Positions 59,095 through 59,606 of a stretch of 59,606 nt of DNA are shown here, in pieces. The position numbers were made by a program, and so were the translations under genes. Numbering within the stretch: position 1 is the stretch's first letter; each line of letters opens with the position of its first letter. This DNA comes from Thermodesulfobacteriota bacterium (GTDB lineage: Bacteria > Desulfobacterota > BSN033 > WVXP01 > G020346125): assembly GCA_041862515.1 (NCBI GenBank), contig JBGVTJ010000194.1, positions 1-59,606 of the forward strand. The letters are read 5' to 3'. Below the pieces are notes generated by a model, which did not search any database, was not told the origin of the DNA, and saw only the letters and a program-made list of their open reading frames with translations.

Positions 59095-59606
59095 CGTTCG
59101 AAATGTAAACAAAACCTTCAGGACCCCGGACAGGAAAGAAGTGAGGGCCCTGGTCGACTTCTCGACCCGTATTAACAAGGGCGAAGTGGTCGTCATCATC
59201 GGCCCCAGCGGCTCGGGGAAGAGCACGTTACTCCGGTGCCTCAATCGTCTCGAGGAGATAGATAGCGGGGAGATCATCATCGACGGCGTCAATATTTACG
59301 ACAAGAACGTGAACATCAACGAGATTCGTGAAGAGATCGGCATGGTTTTCCAGCTCTTTAACCTCTTCCCCCACAAGACGGTTCTGGAAAATGTGACCCT
59401 TGCCCAGCAGGTGGTCCGCAAACGAACCCGGGAGGAAGCCGTCGAAATCGCCCGGCAGCTTCTCCACAAGGTTGGAATCCCAGAAAAGGAGAACGTTTAT
59501 CAGTCCCAGCTTTCAGGGGGCCAACAGCAGCGGGTTGCCATTGCCCGGGCCCTGGCGATGCGGCCCAAGATTATGATGTTTGATGAGGCCACATCGGCGC
59601 TCGACC
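59087..59606 (+). CDS. amino-acid ABC transporter ATP-binding protein (3' end beyond the window)
   Basis: A GTG at 59087 overlaps the permease stop. Walker [11 protein letters not shown]-loop, signature LSGGQQQR, and Walker B MMFDE. Confidence 0.9.
   Translation, partial: MIDVRNVNKTFRTPDRKEVRALVDFSTRINKGEVVVIIGPSGSGKSTLLRCLNRLEEIDSGEIIIDGVNIYDKNVNINEIREEIGMVFQLFNLFPHKTVLENVTLAQQVVRKRTREEAVEIARQLLHKVGIPEKENVYQSQLSGGQQQRVAIARALAMRPKIMMFDEATSALD

Overview
This is a 59.6-kb bacterial chromosomal window. By eye it is mid-40s to about 50% GC, with an AT-rich block near 39.5-41 kb and a GC-rich block near 53.3-55.6 kb.

**Plus-strand genes**
- An OmpR-type response regulator, a HAMP histidine kinase, a small ORF and HtrA/DegP form an envelope-stress operon.
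- A type IV pilus cluster, pilB-pilT-pilC-pilS-pilR, follows. A sigma54-type promoter match lies upstream of pilB. No pilin gene follows pilR. This order resembles the Geobacter/Desulfobacterota arrangement, which is an inference.

**Minus-strand housekeeping block**
- The genes are nitroreductase, mutL, dnaE, guaA, a DUF4388 protein, a TPR membrane protein, guaB and hflX.
- The intergenic spaces in this block are packed with short interspersed repeats.

**Accessory half of the window**
- It contains an inverted-repeat-flanked HUH/Y1 transposase-like gene with a DnaA-C-like HTH.
- It also contains a radical SAM gene, a zinc-ribbon/EIIA fusion, and genes for a flavoprotein, a VOC-family protein, a TauE exporter and a CDF transporter.
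- A TlpA / Spy-like / ECF sigma / anti-sigma cluster is followed by DUF4139, an M28 peptidase, AsmA and a PQQ-type dehydrogenase.
- The window ends with a Tyr/Arg-rich secreted protein, MscS, an EamA transporter and an amino-acid ABC transporter.

**Main hunt results**
1. Two short genes are invisible to the ORF track because they carry in-frame UGA codons. One is a glutaredoxin-fold gene with a U-P-Y-T motif and a C-terminal U-x-x-stop. The other is a DUF2892 gene with UGA at the conserved Cys position. In both, the UGA is followed by a SECIS-like hairpin, so both are candidate selenoproteins.
2. At least four other small accessory genes are broken by in-frame TGA and/or homopolymer frameshifts, while all large housekeeping genes are intact. 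These are an ABM-like gene, a universal stress protein gene, a SAM methyltransferase gene and a DUF547 gene.
3. The conserved N-terminus of hflX lies upstream of any canonical start codon.
4. Several intergenic repeat families are present, and two of them bracket mutL.
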